A DNA stretch of 63,247 bases, filler included, from Rhabdomonas costata (taxonomy: Eukaryota), in assembly GCA_019059605.1 (NCBI GenBank). It is 35 parts of 35 records of this genome, joined end to end, with 100 filler letters (N's around TTAATTAATTAA, not from the genome) between each part and the next. Parts side by side here need not be neighbours in the genome. Positions count along the whole stretch, not along the records: positions 59,729 to 61,437 come from JAHMHO010010274.1; positions 61,538 to 63,247 come from JAHMHO010010275.1; 33 more parts are not named here. The stretch is one strand, 5' to 3'. Below, piece by piece: positions 60,395 to 63,247 of the stretch; positions within the stretch are counted from its first letter, which is position 1, and every line of letters begins with the position of its first letter. A program made the translations under genes and the position numbers. The notes beneath the pieces were generated by a model. That model was not told where the DNA came from. It did not search any database and saw nothing but the letters and a program-made list of their open reading frames with translations.

Positions 60395-61437
60395 GTGTGG
60401 TACCAGGAAGCACTCAACTCAGCGGACCGTGTGACGCTTGTGCCGACCTTCACTGCAGTGGTCCCGGTGGGTGGCGAGTGGAGTTCTGCCCTGGCCGCCC
60501 CCATCGTGGCGCCCGTGCACCGGTCTGGCGACCCTGCCGCCTTCGCGGTTGCGGCGACTTTTTTCGACCTGCAACGCGTGGAGACTAGGCTGAGGACGGT
60601 GCGCCCGTCCTTCTTTTTATGCTGAATTGCTGACCTTGATGCTAGGCGCAGTTTTATTGCCATTGTCTTTCTGAGGTATGTGTGAGTGGTGGCGTATGCG
60701 TTTACACACGCATGAAATCTCCCATAAACAAGAATGGTAGAGACCTCGGTGAAGTGAACTGTCGCACGACAGCAGCACCGCATTTGCCATGCACAATATA
60801 TACTTGCAATTAATGTTTCAAAAAGGAAAGTTCAGGTAGCGCAGAAAACGTATCAAAATGCTCCCAAACGCAAACTCGTCTCAGTGAGCTCTGCATGGCA
60901 GTCCGCGGCTCCATCACGGGATGGGTGGGTGCACCAAACAAAATTCAAATGAGGGCTGACAGTGCACGGAAGAACGGCGAGGCACCTTCCCTCCCGCTGT
61001 CTGAAGCTTTTCACGCGAACGTTGTCTGCGTTGTGTCGGTCCTGCTGCCAGCAACTCCCACCCCACCCATACCCGCTGCGGCCAGAAAGGTCGGTGGGGG
61101 GCCGCGATAGTGTGCGAGGAGCGTCGACTGGTTTTGTTGGGGCCGCAGCCCTCCTTTTTTTTGGGGGGGGGATTGCTCAGCTTGCCTCCCCACTGTTTCC
61201 GGGGACCGTGATCTTTCTGGTGAACGCCCTGGATGGGACCCTCCTGGCCACCTCCACCAGCACAGCGGGCTCTTCCAAGGCAAGGAACACCCCATCGGGA
61301 GCCTGGGGCCAGGTCAAGGCCATCGCCAGCAACGACACCGCAGTCCGGAGTCTGGCCCAGGCTCTGTACGACCCCAAGCAAGGCGGATGGCAGCGGTTTC
61401 TGAGCTTCAGCACGGTCACCAAGAAACCCACCCCCAC
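60395..61437 (+). CDS. dCache-type extracellular sensor domain protein (receptor cyclase/kinase type), two internal exons
   Basis: Exon 60395-60598 VWYQEA..LAAPIVAPV..FAVAATFFDLQRVETRLRT; exon 61181->61437 LASPLFPGTVIFLVNALDGTLLATS..VKAIASNDTAVRSLAQAL. The WY..A, P-V and F-L-V..G.LLA.S motifs match Cache domains as I recall them. Confidence 0.65.
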
Positions 61438-61537
61438 NNNNNNNNNNNNNNNNNNNNNNNNNNNNNNNNNNNNNNNNNNNNTTAATTAATTAANNNNNNN
61501 NNNNNNNNNNNNNNNNNNNNNNNNNNNNNNNNNNNNN

Positions 61538-62249
61538 TTCGTGTGTTTAAGTGTCGGACGTTGCGTTGGTGGTGCCGGGATGGACTTGGTGGACTGGATG
61601 GTGTGGGGTGGGGCACCCTAGGATGTACCTTGTGGTAAGATAGAAACTCTTTCGTGGGTACTTTTGTGCGGGATGTTGGCTAGGTAAATCTGACATTCCC
61701 GGGGATGTCTGTGTGAATTTCAGCTGAAAAAAGGAGGTAGTTTTTGCGTGTGGTTTTGCTTTTTGGGTGTTGTAATTCGGTGGTAGCGGCCTTTGCGTAA
61801 ATGTTGGGAGCGGAATCTACTACGTTATTGTGGTTGGTTTGCATGTGTGGGCCTTCCGGGTGCGCTTTTATTCAGGTGAGCTCTTGGTATGCATGGGTTC
61901 CGTATTCGTGGTTTGGAGTTTGGCCTTCTGTCTCTGGGTTTCTGACTTCAGGTAGCGGTTCCTTTTATAGTGGGTTTCTGCATTAAGATTCTGGCATTAG
62001 GGGTCGTGGTTAGTGGTTCGCTTCTCTGGGTTCGCTTCTCTGGATATGACTTAGGACCATGGTTTCGGCATTATGGACTCTTTTTTTGGAGTTGGGTTGC
62101 TGTGGGTTGCATGGGGCTTGGATTCGTGTGTTTAAGTGTCGGACGTTGCGTTGTTGGTGCCGTGATGGACTTGGTGGACTGGATGGTGTGTGGTGGGGCA
62201 CCCTAGGATGTACCTTGTGGTAAGATAGAAACTCTTTCGTGGGTACTTT
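61538..62249. repeat. 127-bp direct repeat at 585-bp spacing (edge of a tandem repeat)
   Basis: 61538-61664 matches 62123-62249 with three T/G differences. Weaker similarity continues for about 14 nt. Confidence 0.88.
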
Positions 62250-63247
62250 CGTGTGGGATATTGTGTGTGGTGCTGACTGTGCTTTGGTCTGCGGGCTGTT
62301 CAGGGGTATTTGGTACCGGAACTCCGTGTTTGGGGTTCTCTACAATGTCAGTTTCCTATGGCTTGAAATTGTGGTTGTGGATACAACCAAGCTAGTTGAT
62401 TAACGGTACGCTTTCTCAGCGTTATAAATACCAGCAGCAGTTGCTGTAGTAATCGTTTTACTCCAAAAGTGGCATTATTATTCCGACGGGTTGTTGTGAC
62501 CCGCAACGTAACACCTTTGTCCGCGCCTCATTTTACGCGTACCCACACTGATGTTATTGGCACACTACAACTATGCTTCGGGAACTCTTACGTGGCTCCT
62601 ACTTCTTTGGGTGGTCGTGCCTCTGGATCCACGCCCTAGCCAGACTGTATACTGTATACTGACCTTGCTTGCACAAGGTGGGCGCTGCCTCGGCTTACCT
62701 ATGTGTCTTGGTACCTAGAACGGGGCGGAGGTCTCTTCCGTTCGTCCGGGGGTCGCTCTGGTGCTCTCTTCGGGCGTCGCCTTTCTGAAACGGGGTCGGG
62801 GGTGCCAACCACTTTTCGATTTACCAAGCCGCTTCGGCGTAAATCTGGCGACCTCTGGGGGCACAACTCTGCAGAACGGGGGGGTTCACTTGTGGCTCGT
62901 GAAGGCTTCTTTAGGCACAGGGGGTGTCTTTTGGCCGGGCCTTGGTGCCCACATCTTCTGTGCTGTGGAGGGGGTTTCGCTGGGCGGGTATCGCCGCTTA
63001 TGCCCCCGCACACACACACACACACCCTGTCCTGTGTTCACCGCACTAACGCCACACCCTTTTTCCACCCTCTCCATCTGCTGGTGCCTCGGGTCTCCGC
63101 GGCTCTCGCCTGCGGTTCCGCTGTGGTTCTGCTGCACCTCCTCTGTAAAAACAATGAAATGCGAAACGCAAAACAAATTCAAACAAAAAGTGACCTTTTA
63201 GGTTTTTGTGTTCGGCGTGTGACTTTTCTCCTCTGTCTTTGGATGTG

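Noticed and set aside
45432..61437. Receiver, histidine kinase and dCache exons as one signalling cluster or operon
   Set aside because: They lie on separate unlinked contigs, so their proximity is an artefact.

Overview
This window is not one locus. It is 35 unrelated contigs of about 1.71 kb (1,707-1,712 bp, apparently size-sorted), joined by 34 artificial 100-bp spacers (44 N + TTAATTAATTAA + 44 N). No gene-neighbourhood inference across spacers is valid. The source is an intron-rich, flagellated, mitochondrion-bearing eukaryote: it has an axonemal-type dynein heavy chain, mitochondrial Hsp60, and GT-AG introns with frequent GTG-type donors plus one GC-AG intron. A euglenid-like protist is my best guess, but that is inference. 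Gene fragments reconstructed by hand-splicing include a Whirly-like nucleic-acid-binding protein, a variant RING finger, two SAM methyltransferases, a WD40 protein with one exon per repeat, Hsp60, BABAM1/MERIT40, dynein heavy chain, DGAT2, a response-regulator receiver, a sensor histidine kinase, an FG-GAP protein and a dCache sensor. A decayed Ty3/Gypsy integrase is also present. The most notable non-coding signals are a set of short foldback (inverted-repeat) elements, one of which fits the geometry of euglenid non-conventional introns, and two contigs with 127-bp terminal overlaps that imply 1,584-bp circles or tandem units. All homology calls rest on recalled motifs, not database searches.
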